From the NCBI RefSeq assembly GCF_009914755.1, contig NC_060932.1: a stretch of 64,000 bases of DNA. One strand, given 5' to 3'. Of the stretch, positions 1 through 13,000 are shown piece by piece. The notes below the pieces were generated by a model. It had not been told where the DNA came from, ran no database searches, and saw only the letters and a list, made by a program, of their open reading frames with translations. Every line of letters starts with the position of its first letter. Within the stretch, counting starts at the first letter, position 1. Position numbers and translations under genes: made by a program. Source of the DNA: the human T2T-CHM13v2.0 reference genome, Homo sapiens.

Positions 1-1530
1 AGAATAGCTATCCCTGCTGCTCACTTTTGGTGTCCATTTGCATGAAATGCCTTTTTCCACCCCTTTACTTTAAGTTTATGGGAGTCCTTATGTGTTAGGT
101 CCTGTAGGCAACGGATAGTTGGTTGATGAGTTCTTACCCATTCTGCAATTCTGTATCTTTTCAGTGGAACATTTAGGCCATTTACATTCAATGTTAGTAT
201 TGAAACGTGAGGTATCTTTGCATTCATCATGCTCTTTGTTGCCTGTGTACTTTGTTTTTTTTTTGGTTTTTGTTTTTGCTTTTTAGCATGTATTTTTGTT
301 TTCTAGGGCCTGTGTGATGTATGCTTTGAAGAGGTTCTGCTTTGATGTGTTTCCAGGATTTGTTAAAAGATTTAGAGCTCCTTTCAGCAGTTGTTGTAGG
401 GGTAGCTTGGTAATGGTGAATTCTCTCAGCATTTGTTTTTCTGAAAACGACTGTATCTTTCCTTCATATATGATGCTTAGTTTCACTGAATACAAATTTC
501 CTGGCTGATAATTGTTTTGTTTGAGGAGGCTGAAGATAGGGCCCCAATTCCTCCTAGCTTGTAGAGTTTCTGTTGAGAAATCTGCTATTAATCTGATGGG
601 TTTTCTCCTGTCTCACAGCTCTTAAGATTCTTTCCTTCACCTTAACTTTGGATAACTTGATGACAATGTGCCTAGGTTAAGATCTTTTTGCAATGAGTTT
701 TCCAGGTGTTCTTTGTGCTTCTTGTATTTGAATGTCTAGGTCTCTAGCAAGGCCGGGGAAGTTTTCCTCGATTATTTCCCTGAATATGTTTTCCAAGCTT
801 TTACAATTCTCTTCTTCCTCAGGAACACCAATTTTTCTTAGGTTTGGTTGTTTAACATAATCCTAGACTTCTTAGAAGCTTTGTTCTTATTTTCTTATTC
901 TTTTTTCTTTGTCTTTGTTGGATTGGGTTAATTCAAAGACCTTGTCTTTGAGCTCTGAATTTCTTTATTCTACTTGTTCAAGTCTATTGCCGAGACTTTC
1001 CAGAGCGTTTCACATTTCTAAAAGTGCTTCCAAAGTTTCCTGAATTTTTGATGGTTTTTTCTTTGAGCTATCTATTTCCTTGAATATTTCTCCCTTCACT
1101 TCTTGTATTATTTTTTGGATTTCCTTGCATTGGGCTTCACCTTTCTCTGGTCCCTCCCTGATTAGCTTAATAATTAACCTCCTGAATTCTTTTTCAGGTA
1201 AATCAGGGATTTCTTCTTGGTTTGGAACCATTGCTGGTGAACTAGTGTGATTTGGGGAAGGTGTTGAGGAGCCTTGTTTTGTCATATTACCAGGGCTGGT
1301 TTTCTGGTTTCTTCTCCTTTGGGTAGGCTCTGTCTGAGGGAAGGTCTAGGGCTGAAGGCTGTTGTTCAGATTCTTTTGTCCCACGGGGTGTTCCCTTGAT
1401 GTAACACTCTCACCCTTTTCCTATGGATGTGGCTCCCTGTGAGCCGGACTGCAGTGATTGTTGTCTTTCTTCTGGGTCTAGCCACTCAGTGAGTCTACTC
1501 AGCTCCAGGCTGGTACTGGAGGTTGTCTGT
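1..1530 (-). mobile_element. LINE-1, L1PB-like (part of 5'UTR, disrupted ORF1, start of ORF2 endonuclease); continues beyond window start
   Basis: Minus-strand translations give L1 ORF2 EN start (SILTLNVNGLNVPLKRYRIAEWVRTHQPTI...KLKVKGWKKAFHANGHQK, 21-230) and L1PB-type ORF1 pieces (MTKQGSSTP...EIPDLPEKEFRRLIIKLIRE, 1010-1285; KLSIIYEGKIQSFSEKQMLREF, 283-495). Frames are broken, so it is inactive. Confidence 0.93.
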
Positions 1531-1539
1531 ACCCTAGTC

Positions 1540-3980
1540 GTCTTTAAATGTGATTGATCTCTTCTAGCAGATTTTGTTTCTTTGAGTTTTCTGTTATTCT
1601 GCTTTCTCTTTCATTTAATTTCCCTTTTCTTATATTTTCCTATTCCCTTGGCTTATTTAAGATTTATCTTGTCCTTTTCCCCCGAGTTTCTTATTAAGGA
1701 AACTTAAGTTATTGATTTAAGATGTTTCATCTTACTAAAATAAGTATTTAATGCAATATACTTTCCTCTGAGCACTGATTTTGTTGTGTCCATAAATTTT
1801 GTAATATGGTTATTTTAGTTTTCGTTCAATTTAAAACACTCTTTTAAGCCCTATTATGATTTCTCCATTAGAAGTGTCATTTTAGCTTTTCAAATATTTG
1901 TGTCTTTTCTAGATATCTAGTTGTTACTTTGTTTTTAATGTACTTCTATTGTGGCCAGAGAACATACTCCGCATGAGTTCAGCAAAAAAAAAAAAAAAAA
2001 AATTTGTTGAGGCTTGTTGCCTTGCTTTATGGCCAAGTGCAGGGTGAATCTTGGTAGATGTTCCCTGTACACTTGAAGAGAACATCTCTTTTTCTCTGGG
2101 TGGGTAGAGTTAACTGGGTCAAGCTGGTTGATAGTATTCTCTAAGTTTGCTATATCTTTACTAACTTTCTATTTGTTTTATAAATTGCTGAGGATGAGTG
2201 TTGAAATGTTTAAACATATTTGTGGATTATTCCGTTTTTCCTTTAAGTTCTATCCATTTTTTTCTCCCTTTATGTTGAAGCACTGCTGTTTGGTGCATAC
2301 CCATTGAGGATTATGACACCATCTTGATGAACCTATGTTATTATCACATGCCCATTTTCCCCTGATAATATTTTTTTCTGCAGCCTACTTTTCTGATATT
2401 AATAAAGCTACTCCAGATTTCTTTTGATTAGAGTCTGGATGCTGTAGATGTTTCTGTTTTTAATTATATGTGTTTTTATATTAAAAGTTGGTTTCTTGTA
2501 GGTAGCAGATAGCCAAATCGTGTTCTTTAATCTTGTCTTGCAATTTCTTTTTAAGCTGGAAGGTTTTTATCCTTTACATTTAATGTAATTATCTGCATAT
2601 CTGGATTTAAATGTATTATGTTGCTCTTTGTTTTATGTTTGTTCCATCTGTTTTCTTGTCCCTCTTTCTTCTTTTCCAGCCTTCTCTTATACTGGGAAGT
2701 TTTAGGAATCAATTTTATCTCTAGAGTTGGCCCATTAGCTCTATTTGTTTTTTTGCTTTCTGTGTTTGATCTAGTGTTTACCATATATATGGTTACCAAA
2801 ATCTGCCTTCAAATAACATTGTGCCAGTTCATGCACCATTAAAAAACCTCAAAAATTTTATTTCTGCAGATTCCCCTTTAATTTATTATTGTCATCTCTT
2901 TCTTCAACATATGTTATGACCCCACATTTCATTATTACTTTCACTTTAAATAGTAGCTTGTTTAAAATAAATTTAAAAACTAGAAACAAGAACTTTTTAT
3001 TTACCCACATATTTATAATTTCTAGCACTTTTTTTTCTTTGCAGATTGAAGTTTCCATCTGGTGTCATTTTCTTCCTATCTGAAGGATTTCCTTTAGTAA
3101 CTTTAACAGTGCCGGTCTGCTGGCAATGCATTCTCTCAGCTTTTGTTTATCTGAAGAGTTTTATGTTGACTTTGTTTTTGAAGGATACTTTTACTGCATA
3201 TAGAGTTCCAAACTGACAAGTAATTTTTTTCTTTTTTCACACTTGAAAAATATAATTCTGTTGTTTTCTAGCTTGCATAAATTATGACATGAAGTTTGTG
3301 ATTATTCTTATCTTTGCTCCGTGTTACATTAAATCTTTTTCTCTAGCTGATTTTTAAATGTTCTCTTTATGTAACGGTGATGATGGTGGTGATAGTGATA
3401 ATGGTGGTGGTGATGGTGGTGGTACTGGTAATGATGGCTGTGGTGATGGTGATAGTGAAGGTGATAATGGATAATGATGGTGGCGATGGTGGTGGTGGTG
3501 ATGCTGTTGGTGGTGATGGTGTTGGTGGTGGTGATGGTGGTTATGGTGATAGTGATGGTGATGATGGTGGTGATGGTGATAACGAATAATGGTGGTGATG
3601 GTTGTGATGATGATGGTGGCAATGATGTTGGTGGTGATGATGATAGTGGTGGTGTGTGTTTATTCTCCTTTCAGTTTAGTGGTGATGATGTTGGTGGTCA
3701 TGATGGTGGTGGTGGTGTGTGTTTATTCTCCTTTCAGTTTAATAAGATGCTTAGAATTGACAGAAATTTTTTAAAATGAAATTTGAAAAAATTGCTGCCA
3801 TTATTTCTTCAACTATGTTTTCTGTCTTCCCCACTCCCATACCCTATGTTCTAGAATTGAAATTACCAGATGTCAGACCACTTGATATCTCACCAGCCAC
3901 TGAAACAGTTTATTTATTTTGTACTTTTTGTCTCTGCTTACTTCAAATAGAATGTATTGCTATGTCTTCTGGGTTACTGT
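1540..3980 (-). mobile_element. Old decayed L1M-type LINE, interrupted by the triplet array at 3376-3741
   Basis: T-rich plus strand with antisense-L1 phrases (e.g. ctttcctctgagcactgattttg, tctagagttgg, ttctctcagcttttgtttatctgaa); minus-strand remnant IIHLNPDMQIITLNV resembles the ORF2 start. Confidence 0.75.
3376..3741. repeat. (GGT/GAT)n triplet-periodic low-complexity array
   Basis: Directly visible ggtgatgatggtggtgatagtg... run of about 365 bp. Confidence 0.95.
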
Positions 3981-3984
3981 AATT

Positions 3985-4262
<278 letters not shown>

Positions 4263-4841
4263 TAGCCTTTAATAAAGTTAGTGTTAATTCAGCCCCACTC
4301 CTAAGACCCAGATCCTTCTGGGCACCATCCTAAATGTCACATGTATTCAATGAAGTCTCTCCATTATGGCTGAAGGGAACTCCATGCTCTGTGTGAATTC
4401 TGTGCACTGTTTAACTTGCACCTCTCTGTCCCACACATGTGCATACAGGTATTTAGTCAGACTCTAGGGGACCCCATGCAATTTTTAGAATTTTTCCCCT
4501 GCATAGCTGTCTCCTCTCTATAACTCTGCCCTACAAACACTAGCTGCCTTGGCATTCCGGAACTCTGATCTCTGTCTACTCAACTTAGCAACATGTCTAG
4601 ATCTGTTTGGGTTCCTGATTCCTTTGGGGCTGTCCCCAGATATCTTTAGGAAGAGTCCTAGATGATGATAGGCCTCCCTTTGTCTATTTCCCTTCCCTCT
4701 GGGGTCAGCCCTGCCCTGCCCAATGCTCAGTATCTACAAAGAATCGTTTTACTTGTGCTGATTTCCAGTTTATTTTTTTTAATGATGGGAGGGTGGTGCC
4801 ATACCTTGCTATTCCCTCATGACTGGAAGTGGAAAGGGGAG

Positions 4842-5213
4842 TGATATAGTTTGCCTCTGTGACCCCCATCCACATCTCACCTCGAATTGTAATTCCACAT
4901 GTTGAGGGAGGGATCTGGTGGGAGGTGATTGGATCATGGAGGTGGTTTGTCCCATGCTGTTCTCTTGATAGTCAGTTCTCAGGAGATCTGGTTATTTGAT
5001 AAGCGTCTGGCATTTCCCCTGCTTGCACTCTCTCTCTCCCGCCACCTTGTGAAGAAGGTGCCGCCTTGCTTCCCCTTTCTCTTCCGCCATGCTTGTAAGT
5101 TTCCTGGGGCCTCCCCAGCCATGTGGAACTGTGAGGCAAGTAAACCTCCTTTGTTTATAAATTATCCAGTCTCAGGTAGTATCTTTATAGCAGTGTGAAA
5201 ATTGACTAATACA
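4842..5213 (+). mobile_element. MaLR solo LTR (THE1D/MSTA-like)
   Basis: Begins tgatatagtttg and ends ttgactaataca; contains ggtgggaggtgattggatcatgg and ccccagccatgtggaactgtgag; 372 bp. Confidence 0.92.
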
Positions 5214-5884
5214 AGCAGTTTGGTTCTTAATCATTGATCTTTTATTTGCCCTTTGAGGACCTAAATGGCCATCACATTCTGAGTTCTTACTAGTGAGTGG
5301 TACCTGCCCTATGTGAACCAATCCATGCTGGTCAGGCATGGGTGTGAGGGTCTCAGATTTTGTGCCTGCACCAGCCACTGTTCTGTTGAGATCAATTGGA
5401 TTAAACCACGGTGCCTGTGCAGGCTGGCTCTTACAAAGTGTGTGAAGAAGTTTACTCTGTCACTTGTGATCATTAGAAAGCTGCCTGAGCCCACTGAACT
5501 ACAGAGAGCTAGACACTGGAAATAAGAGGGTTCCAGCATAGATGTGGGACCCCAACTTTCAGTGATCCCATCACCATCCCGGGCTTGAAACCCCTCTGTG
5601 GCTTCTTTAGCTTGTGAACTTCACTGTGGCAGGGCATCCAAGGCACATCTTGGGGGCACCCTTCCCTGTTCTCCACACTCTCCATTCAGAGAATCTCTTA
5701 TCCTAGAAATATTTAGCTCTTTCATGCCTACAGAGCCTGCTTAAATTCTACTCCTGTAAGGCCTATTTCAGAAGTTTTCTGCTCTATAAATTCCTAATCC
5801 CTGCTCCTCAGTTAAGATGATCATATTCCTCTTTAATATCCTCAACGTTTTTTTGAATATCAGTCCTCATTTAGATTTTGATTT

Positions 5885-7275
5885 ACAAACATTTACTAAG
5901 CCCCTACTACGTGGCCCTAAGCATGCTATGGGTGTTCATGTTTGATGGATCATCGAATCTGCACAAAAACTCCAAGAAGAAGGTTTTACTCTAGGCATTT
6001 AGCCAATAAAGATAAAAGACTCAGAAGGCCAAGTGACTTGTCTCATTTAAATAGCTTTGATACTTATCATTTTCTCCCTGATTTATGGTTCCTTGAATGC
6101 ACGTCTGTAAGGAGACAATCCTTAGTCTGTGTGACCTTGGGCAACTTCCTTAAGTTCCTTGAACTTCAAGTTCTCCTTCTGCAAAATACAGTCCATTTTA
6201 CACACACTGTTGTGTGTAAAATGAAGGAAAGTGCCAGTCAGCATAGTGGGAAGTACCCCAACACACAGCAGGTGCACATGAGTGTTCACTCCCTTCCTTC
6301 CCAGCCCTTCCCCCTTACACTCTAAGCTCCTCGGGCATAGGAAGAATAACATGCTGTCTCCATTATTTCTTTTCCTGGCAAACTGTAGAACTGGCCTGAA
6401 ACATAATAAGAGCACAGACAAATCTGGTGACATGAGTTGCCCAGACAACTCTTTTTCAGAGAATTAGAAGGCAGCGCCAAGGTCACTCAGGGTTCCCGGA
6501 GGCCCATGCCTCCTCCTCAGGACACAGAGGTTTAAGAGCCATAGCTGCCGCGGAGAATGACCTTTACTGGGGCCAGACCTTTCTTTAAGTGCCCCAGAAA
6601 TATTGTCTTACATAAGCGATCTTAGGAACATGAGCAGTTGATTATGGCATTGCCATTTTAGGAAGGAATCAATGGCAGGTCAGAGTCTAAATGACTTTCT
6701 CAAGGTCAGAGCCATTGGGCATCAAAGCCAAGTCTGCATAACCTTGCTCTTCCATGCCTGAGATCTTCCCCTGGAGGAGCCAGCTGTCTGCCATCCCTGT
6801 GGGCAGGAAGATGTTTTCTGGAGCACATGGCATTCCATCCAGCTCCGTCTCACACCCAGACGGGCTGCTGTGAGTGGGGGCTCACACTTACTGAATTCCC
6901 CCCAGGTGCCATTTTAAGTTTTGCAATAACCACATGAGGTAGGTGTGATTCATACAGAACCCACTTTTCAGACAAGAAGACAGGTTCATAGTGATTAGGA
7001 ACTTACTTAAAGTCACACAGCCAGTATAGACTCAGGTCCGGGTGACCCCCCAGCCTGGGAGGCGCAGTACAGGGCAGTGGTTGAGCTTCCAGACTCTGGA
7101 GCTGGGGTTCCGACCCTGGCCCCACTATTTCTACCTGTGTGACCTTGGGCAGGTTATGACACTTTCCCATGCTTTGTCTCTCCATCAGTAAAATGCAGCT
7201 GCCAGGATTCCTGCTCATAAGGTTCCTATGAAACTTAGACCCACAATGTATGTAGTTCTCAGTGACGAGCACACA
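5885..7275. mobile_element. Cluster of MIR SINE fragments (approx. 5885-6045 -, 6115-6225 +, 6915-7030 -, 7050-7275 +)
   Basis: MIR core motifs: ctgtgtgaccttgggcaa/ggcagg at about 6127 and 7136; cccacttttcagacaagaagacagg...aagtcacacagcc at about 6960-7022. Confidence 0.75.
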
Positions 7276-7824
7276 GGAGCCCCTCTGTAGGGGGTTGGCG
7301 TCTGTGGTTCTTCCAGCTGGACTTGGGCTGAATGAGCAGCAGGAGCAGGGCCTGCTGTATGGGCCATGAGAGTGAGCGAGCAGAGTAAAGTCATTTATCT
7401 CTGAGCTCAGCTGCCTCCGCTCCAGTGACCCCTGGGCCCTTTCCACCTGGGTGGAAAATGGGGTCCCCCTGAAAGCATGGTCCCCTGTTAATGACTTGAA
7501 CTCAAGCAAGGCAGCAGGGTGGGGTTCTGAAGAGCACAGCAATTGGATGCCCCTTTCTCTTGCTCCATCTTTGCCAGGGCTGCTGCAAGCTGACTGCCCA
7601 TTGGAAAGCAGGGCTCACCAGTCACAGAGGAGACCTCTGAGTCCTTGTGATGGCAGGAGGCCTCTGCCTGACTGGCACCTGCATCACTGCACAGCACATT
7701 TAGCCCTCGATGTGCAAGCCATGCTTCTGAGGTTAGGGTCTCAGGGTGGCACTGCTGGCCTTCTGGGCAGAGCAGTCCTTCTGTGTGAGGGAGTGTCTAG
7801 CACACCACGGGAACACAGCATGTC

Positions 7825-8300
7825 CCATGTCTATTGCTGTGTGACAAATGACCACACATTCAGCAGCTTAAAGCAACACATGCCTATTATAACAGTTTCT
7901 GGGGCTCAGGAAGGAGTCCATGTGCAGCCTAGTGGGGGCCTCTGCTCAGGGTCTCACAAGGTTGCGGCCAAGCTACTGGCTGGGCTATGTTCTCATTCAG
8001 AGGCTGGACTGGGGAAGGATGCACTTCCGGGCTTGTTCAGGATGTGGGCAGGATTTATTCCTGCACAGTTTCTCCTAAAGCTCAGCTGTAATTTTAGAAG
8101 ATGCAGATAGCTCCTTGCCATGTGAGCTTTCCCACAAGGCTGCCCACTTCCTCAGGCCCGGGAGGGGTGGGCAAGTTGAGTGTCATAGAGGGTAACATGA
8201 GTGCAGATGTGCTATCATCACCTTTGCTACATGGTATGGGAGAAGCAAATCTCCATTTCTGCCTCACACTCCTGGAGAGGGCAGTGTCCCCAGGGGGAGC
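7825..8300 (-). mobile_element. MLT1-family (ERVL-MaLR) LTR
   Basis: tattgctgtgtgacaaatgaccacac...gcttaaagcaacaca...ctcagggtctcacaaggttgc matches the reverse of an MLT1 3' end. Confidence 0.75.
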
Positions 8301-8769
8301 ACCATGGCGCAGGGATCACAGGGTCTTCTTGAAACCTGCTCCCTCAAATGCTGGCAGTGTCCTTAGCTACTGGAACACCTGGGAGATGCCCTCAGTTGAG
8401 AGCCACTTGCCCACAAGCCTGTCTAAGGCTTGTCCTTCCTCTATTCCATCATCACCAGAGTCCATCTACGAGCCTCCTCAACTGGAAAGGTCTCCCTTCC
8501 AGGAATGACTGTGGCTGGTACTGTGGGCCTTTCCTTTGACCCTGCCATGGAAGCAAGGTCAAGTATTTTGGCCCCAGCAGTGAGCGGTGAGGTGAGGTCT
8601 CGTGAGGAAGGACTGAGCCCACATGCATAGAATCCTGTGTGACTAGTCCAGTGCTGGGGTGTGGAGAGGCTGCTATTATTGGGGGGTAGTTGTGTCTTTG
8701 TCTGGCTGAACCATGGCCTCCTTCAGGGAAGAGGTCTTCTCATCTTGGGGAAATCACTTAACTGACTGT

Positions 8770-8880
8770 GATAATAATTGCTAACATTTATCCAGCACTC
8801 CTTATGTGCCAGGTACTGTAAGATGTGCTTTGCATACATAATTGCATTTTAATCCTCACAACAATGACTAAGAGATTTTA
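8770..8880 (-). mobile_element. MIR fragment
   Basis: ataattgctaacatttatccagcactccttatgtgccaggtactgt...tttaatcctcacaacaa. Confidence 0.8.
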
Positions 8881-9399
8881 ATAAATTTCCAGGAGACAGC
8901 AAGCAGGGGAGTATGAGCTGACCTATAAAGCAGGAAGAAGCTGTAGTCAGGTTCCTGGCAGCAGCCACGACCAGGATCCCACCCACGGGATCCTGGGGAG
9001 GCTCAGGGCACAGAGGAAGCCAGCGGGACAGCCGGGGGTGAGGAGCCCGGTGGAAACAGAACTCTTTGCTGATTTTCACCCAGCACAACCTCACCAGGCA
9101 GCCCTGGCCTCCCCCAGCCATGTGATCAGGTTGCAGGCGGAGGTGCCAGCCTGTGGGTACATTCCTGGTGGCTTGTCACTGAAGCCATGGGATCAGCTCC
9201 TCAGGGAAGGCCAAAGCTGGGTCAAACCTCAGAGTGAAACCCTCTCATTTTGAACTGGGAGGCCACGCTCTCCCTCCCTCTACAGAGAATCCTGCAGCAG
9301 CCCCATTTCTCCCCCACCCCACCCCTGAGGAAGCCCAAAGGCAGAGTTATTCCCCGGGGAGGGCTGAGCGACCAGCCACAGAAGAAGCACCCCACACCT

Positions 9400-11560
9400 G
9401 CATCTTTAGATTTATTCTATCAATAGACAGCCAGCGACCACCAGGCACATGGGGAAAGCTGGCAGTGTAGAAGAGAGAAACGAAGATAAGCACACTGAAG
9501 AAAACTAAGACCAGAGGAAACAGAGCAAATTAGGTGAAAAACACTCTAAAAATACTCCAATTAACACACTCAGAGATATTTAGGAGGCTATTATATCCAT
9601 AAAATAAAAACCAGCAGGCTTTGAAACGGGAACACAGGCAACCAAAATAAGCACTTAGATTCTAAAAGATGACTGCACCCCCGATAAAACACCAGGAGGA
9701 GGAGAAATAGAGTTTACTAAATCTCCAAAACACAGAACAAAAAGACAAACGGATTGAACTTAGAAGCAAAGAGATAAGGAACATGAGAGGCAGACTCCAG
9801 GAGGCCAACATCAGCAACACAACAGAGGGAGGGGGTGGGGAAATGATCCAATAAATTATGCAAGAGCACTTCTGAGCACTAAAGCAAAACACAGACCTCA
9901 AAACTGAAAGGACCTCCTCCAAGTTCCAAGCAGGATGAATAAAAGAAGAATTCGCAGGAAGTCTAATTATCATAAAATTGCATAACACCTAAGATTAAAA
10001 ACATCACCACCACCAAAAATCCCAAAACCTTTCAGAGAAGGGAAAAAGGTCATCTACAAAGACATAAAAAATCAACTGACATCTCCCCTCCTATCAGCAA
10101 TGGCTGGAAAAAAACATGTACCCATGCTTTTGACATTCAGATGGAATTCTATTCACGGCCAAACTAGTAATCACGTGTGAGGGTGGAATGAAGCCATTTT
10201 CACACTTTCAAAGTCAGTCTTTCATTTGGCTACTCTTAAAAAGTGACTTGAGTCTGGGTGTGGTGGCTCACACCTGTAATCCCAGCACTTTGGGAGGCTG
10301 AGGCAGGTGGATCACCTGAGATCAGGAGTTCGAGACCAGCCTGGCCAACATGGCAAAACCCCGTCTCTACTAAAAATACAAAAATTAGCTGGGCTTGGTG
10401 GCGTGTGCCTGTAATCCCAGCTACTTGGGAGGCCGAGGCAGGAGAATCACTTAAACCCAGGAGGTGGAGGTTGAAGTGAGCTTAGATTGCACCATAGCAC
10501 TGCAGTGAGCTGAGATCACACCATTGTACTCCAGCACGGGTGACAAGGCTTAAAAAAAAAAAAAGGTGACTTGAGGATATCCTCCAGGAAAATGAGGAAG
10601 TAAAATTAAAAAAAAGAAGGAGATGGAATCATCCAGAAGAAGAGGACAGGCAACTGACCAGGAGGGAGTGAAGAGAGAGGCCAGTTCCTACTGGTACCAG
10701 AGGCTGGAGGCCCCAGGAGAAGGCAACCTGGTGCTGTGCATTGTTGTGATTGAGAGTTTGAAGGGAGAACTCAGGCTCTGATAGAGGCAAGAAGTACAAG
10801 ACAAAACAGAAGCGATTATGGGTCTATGAAAACCACACAGAACGAGCGTAAGTGAAGGTCGTCACCCCAAAACAGGCAGACCTCTGTGCAGTGGAGTGAG
10901 AGGCAACAGGTCCTCGGTGACGAGTGTCTCTTCGAGAGGCTCAGGAGGAGGGGACATGCACTCACAGGAGGAGTCTTGCTGTGCATCCTAGTGGAGAGTT
11001 GGCCCTCTTCCTCCTGGTAGTGTTTATTTGGTCATAATGACAGATAGCTGGTTCTTTGGTTCTCAGTGCTTAAATTCAATCAGTCAACAGAGCATACGAG
11101 GCTTTGTTTGGGTGACAGAACAGAATGCAAATGTTAAGAACCTTGATAATGTGAAAGTGAGATGATGAAGCTCTGAATGTGAGATGAGAAACAGGAAGGA
11201 AAGTGAAGAGAAGACGGGTGGATCTTTAACAAGTGAGGAGCCAGGAGAAGCTGCTGAAAGTGGAGGGGTAAGAAAGAAGGGGTTGTAAGGGACTTACAGT
11301 TCCACATCCAGCAAGGAAGAGTACCGAGCACACTCAGAGGAGTATCCAATATCAGGAGGGAGAAGAGGAGAAAGAGGAAATAGTGCATTGAATTAATCCT
11401 CTTGCTTTTATTTAATTAATTATTTAATACATTAATTATTTATTCATTTCAATAAAGGCAGTGATATTATTTAAAGTTAACCAGTAAGAAATTGATATTT
11501 TTATTTTCTAATTAATGATGTAAGTAACGAAAGAAATAAAAGCATAAACCTTTAAGAGAG
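9400..11560 (+). mobile_element. Highly decayed L1ME/HAL1-like ORF1-region fragments, interrupted by an Alu
   Basis: A-rich plus strand with ORF1-like phrases (aaataaattatgcaagagcacttc, caagcaggatgaataaaag, ggaattctattcacggccaaacta). Confidence 0.6.
10252..10564 (+). mobile_element. AluS (Sx-like) with TSD and an internal ~31-bp duplication
   Basis: Full dimer. TSD aaaa(a/g)gtgacttgag at about 10238-10252 and 10561-10575, at a TT/AAAA site. The gtgagct(t/g)agat...cacca motif occurs twice in the right arm. Confidence 0.96.
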
Positions 11561-11644
11561 AGTTCCTCTAGAAGTAGGATTGGGGGTCAGAAAGTTTTGG
11601 GAGGGGACCAGATGGATGCTTTAAAGTATTTTAATTATATGTTG

Positions 11645-12063
11645 CAATCATTCCTTGGTCTTTGGAAGGATTGATCCCAGGACCCTCCACAGATACCCAA
11701 ATCCACAGATTCTCAAGTTCCTTAAACAGCATGGTGCAGTATTTGTATATAACCTACACACATCTTTCTGTATACTTTAAATTATCTCTAGATTACATAT
11801 AATACCTAATAAAATGTAAATCCTGTATAGTTGTTGCACCGTAAGTTTTTTATTTGTATATTTTAGTATATAATAATAAAATTTTTATTATGCAAATAAT
11901 AAAATATGCACTATTTGTATATTTTATTATTTTTAAAATAATCATTTACAATATTATTTTTAAAATATTTGAAAACAGAAGAATAATACCTTGCCTTCAA
12001 ATATTTGTAATCTGCTGTTGGTTGAATCCATGATGTGGAACCCACGGAAACAGAGGGTGGACT
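11645..12063 (+). mobile_element. MER2-like (TcMar-Tigger) DNA transposon remnant with AT-rich internal expansion
   Basis: ggattgatcccaggaccctccacagatacccaaatccacagattctcaagttcc ... gttggttgaatccatgatgtggaacccacggaaacagagggtggact. Confidence 0.85.
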
Positions 12064-12159
12064 ATATTTGATTAACTCAGAAAGACCTATTGAAGTGAGT
12101 TCATAATAACAAAAGGAGAGCCTGTGAACTTATTACTCAGCTTCACAACTAGCACATTC

Positions 12160-12550
12160 TGTGTTAGTCAGCACTGTTCAATTGCTAAAACAACCACCCC
12201 CAATCTCAGAGGCTGAGAATGAGAAAAGTTTATTCTATGCTCACTTTACTGTCCAGGGCAAATGGGGGTGGAGAACAGAGTTCTTCAGGACCCAGGCTCT
12301 TTCTTGTTGTGGCCCTGCTGTTTTCTAGTGCCTTGGAGTCCTCCCTGGAGCTCCTGCAGCAGGTGATGGAGTAGAGAAAGAACATAGAGGATGATGGGGT
12401 AATTATGTAGGGGCCACGCCTGGAAGTGGGACACAGCACTGCATTTGCCTTTAATGAGCCACACTCAGGCATGTGGCCACCAAGCTGCAAGGGAGGCTGG
12501 GAAATGTGGCCCAGGCTTGTGTGCAGCAATATGGGGTCACAGGCAGGCAA
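12160..12550 (-). mobile_element. Old MLT1 (J/K-like) LTR fragment
   Basis: tgtgttagtcagc...aacaaccacccccaatctcagaggctga...catgtggccaccaagctgcaagggaggctgggaaatgtgg. Confidence 0.65.
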
Positions 12551-12589
12551 ACATCTGCTCGTTCTATGCCTCCACGGCAACTCCATGCC

Positions 12590-13000
12590 CCATCCTCTGG
12601 CCCCTCCAGAGGTGATCTGTCTCCTGAACTATGAGTTTATCATAGATGCAATCTCTCTCCTGAACTATGAGTTTATCACAGATGCAATCTCTCCCTTGAA
12701 CTGTGAGTTTATCATTCCCTTTCTTTATTTTCTATGGTCATATAAAATACACGGAATACATGGAATACTCTTCAGCACATCGTGTGTTTGAGCTTCGTAG
12801 AAATGCCAACATGCAATATCAGATTATAAGGGTTCTGCAGAGATTTGCTTTCTTATTCAACATTACGAGATTCATCCATGATGTTCTGTGTCACGGAGGC
12901 TCATGCATTTCACTAAGAACAGTATTCCACCCATGAACATTTCAGAGTTGATTCACATTTTCTCCTGTTGATGAACGTTAGCTTTCCATTGCTAAAGCAT
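12590..13000 (-). mobile_element. L1ME 3'-end fragment
   Basis: ttgctttcttattcaacattacgagattcatccatgatgtt...agtattccac...ctcctgttgatgaacgttag is a typical antisense L1ME 3' end. Confidence 0.7.
12621..12716. repeat. 36-bp tandem repeat, about 2.6 copies
   Basis: ctcctgaactatgagtttatca(t/c)agatgcaatctct at 12621, 12657 and partial at 12693. Confidence 0.95.

Noticed and set aside
21-1285. L1 ORF1/ORF2 as active coding genes
   Set aside because: Fragmented by stops, frameshifts and a deletion; reported as a dead L1PB.
10258-10479. Alu-derived ORFs (also 41548-41883, 52456-52774, 59098-59480, 62423-62779)
   Set aside because: Standard Alu translations, not genes.
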